Source of the DNA: an uncultured Chloroflexia bacterium
Lineage (GTDB): Bacteria > Chloroflexota > Anaerolineae > CG2-30-64-16
Direction: 5' to 3'
Length of the DNA: 64,000 bases
Assembly (NCBI GenBank): GCA_963810095.1
Contig: CAWEMM010000006.1
Location: forward strand, 1,568,001-1,632,000
The position numbers and the translations under genes are program-made. Numbering within the stretch: the first letter of the stretch is position 1; every line of letters starts with the position of its first letter. The notes under the pieces were generated by a model. That model was not told the origin of the DNA and ran no database searches. It was given only the letters and a program-made list of their open reading frames with translations. This document shows positions 62,233 through 64,000 of the stretch, piece after piece.

Positions 62233-62723
62233 TGCCACGAATTACACGAATTGTACGAATTTGTTAAATTAGCGAACAACACGTTCTTGCTCGAGTGATG
62301 ATGAACCGAAATTGAGAAGAATCGCCAGGCGTAGTCCGGTGGCCGCGAGATAGTTACGCGCTTGAGCGGCGTGTTTCGGGTTGAGTCTCTCCACTGCCTT
62401 GAGTTCAAGGATCATCTTCCCGTCGACCACCACATCGGCCACGAAGTCCCCGACCGCGACTCCTTTGTACTGCACCGGCAGCCTCTTGTATTCCTCGAAC
62501 GCAATCGCTCGGCACGTCAACTCGTGAGCAAGCGCTGCCTGGTAGACGGACTCGAGAAAACCAGCTCCGAGATGTCTGTGAACTTCCATCGCCGCGCCCA
62601 CCACCGCATAGGACAATTCACTGTGAATGATGTCTCCCACGATACTCTCCGTCGAGCACGAATGCCACGAAGCACTCCTCTACTTGACTCGTGCAATTCG
62701 TGACATTCGTGTAATTCGTGGCA
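62233..62723. mobile_element. Candidate ~490-bp cassette: GxxExxY gene bounded by perfect 19-bp inverted repeats
   Basis: TGCCACGAATTACACGAAT (62233-62251) is the exact reverse complement of 62705-62723. Confidence 0.6.
62269..62640 (-). CDS. GxxExxY protein (PD-(D/E)XK nuclease-like)
   Basis: AMEVH..LGAGFLESVY, ADVVV...ILELKAV, Q..NYL, LLNFG. Confidence 0.9.
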   Translation of the reverse strand: MGDIIHSELSYAVVGAAMEVHRHLGAGFLESVYQAALAHELTCRAIAFEEYKRLPVQYKGVAVGDFVADVVVDGKMILELKAVERLNPKHAAQARNYLAATGLRLAILLNFGSSSLEQERVVR

Positions 62724-62733
62724 TCCTTCTCGT

Positions 62734-64000
<1,267 letters not shown>

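Overview
GC-rich bacterial chromosomal window. Gene content and repeat style suggest a Chloroflexota/Anaerolineae-like genome (inference only). Many genes are split by single-base indels, most densely at ~28.3-34.3 kb, which looks like long-read error rather than decay. From left to right: a MacAB/FtsX-type ABC exporter; an amino/2-oxo-acid catabolism block (FadF-like Fe-S oxidoreductase, gldA, BCKDH-type E1a/E1b/E2, lpdA, a DUF4258/DUF2283 pair, lipA, DUF1786, two flavin reductases, M20, LysE, GDH, 2-oxoacid:ferredoxin oxidoreductase, GntR/FCD); a GT4 + GAF kinase + OmpR-type regulator; a lipoprotein PQQ-type dehydrogenase apparently fused to a sulfocyanin-like cupredoxin with a Gln axial ligand; a secreted partner protein; and a second GDH. 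Next is a four-gene minus-strand cluster (CHAT-SIR2 fusion, STAND NTPase-TM-14xWD40, a lipoprotein-like protein, a C25/gingipain-like protease), the best candidate for an undescribed defence/conflict system. Then come bcp and a Wzx/Wzy polysaccharide locus (capD, wecA-like, GTs, GDP-mannose 3,5-epimerase, fkp, rmlA, sat-cysC). Inside that locus a GxxExxY nuclease-like gene is bracketed by perfect 19-bp inverted repeats built from 9-bp units, and gene-less elements with the same architecture occur elsewhere in the window. No rRNA, tRNA, CRISPR array, transposase or integrase was seen.
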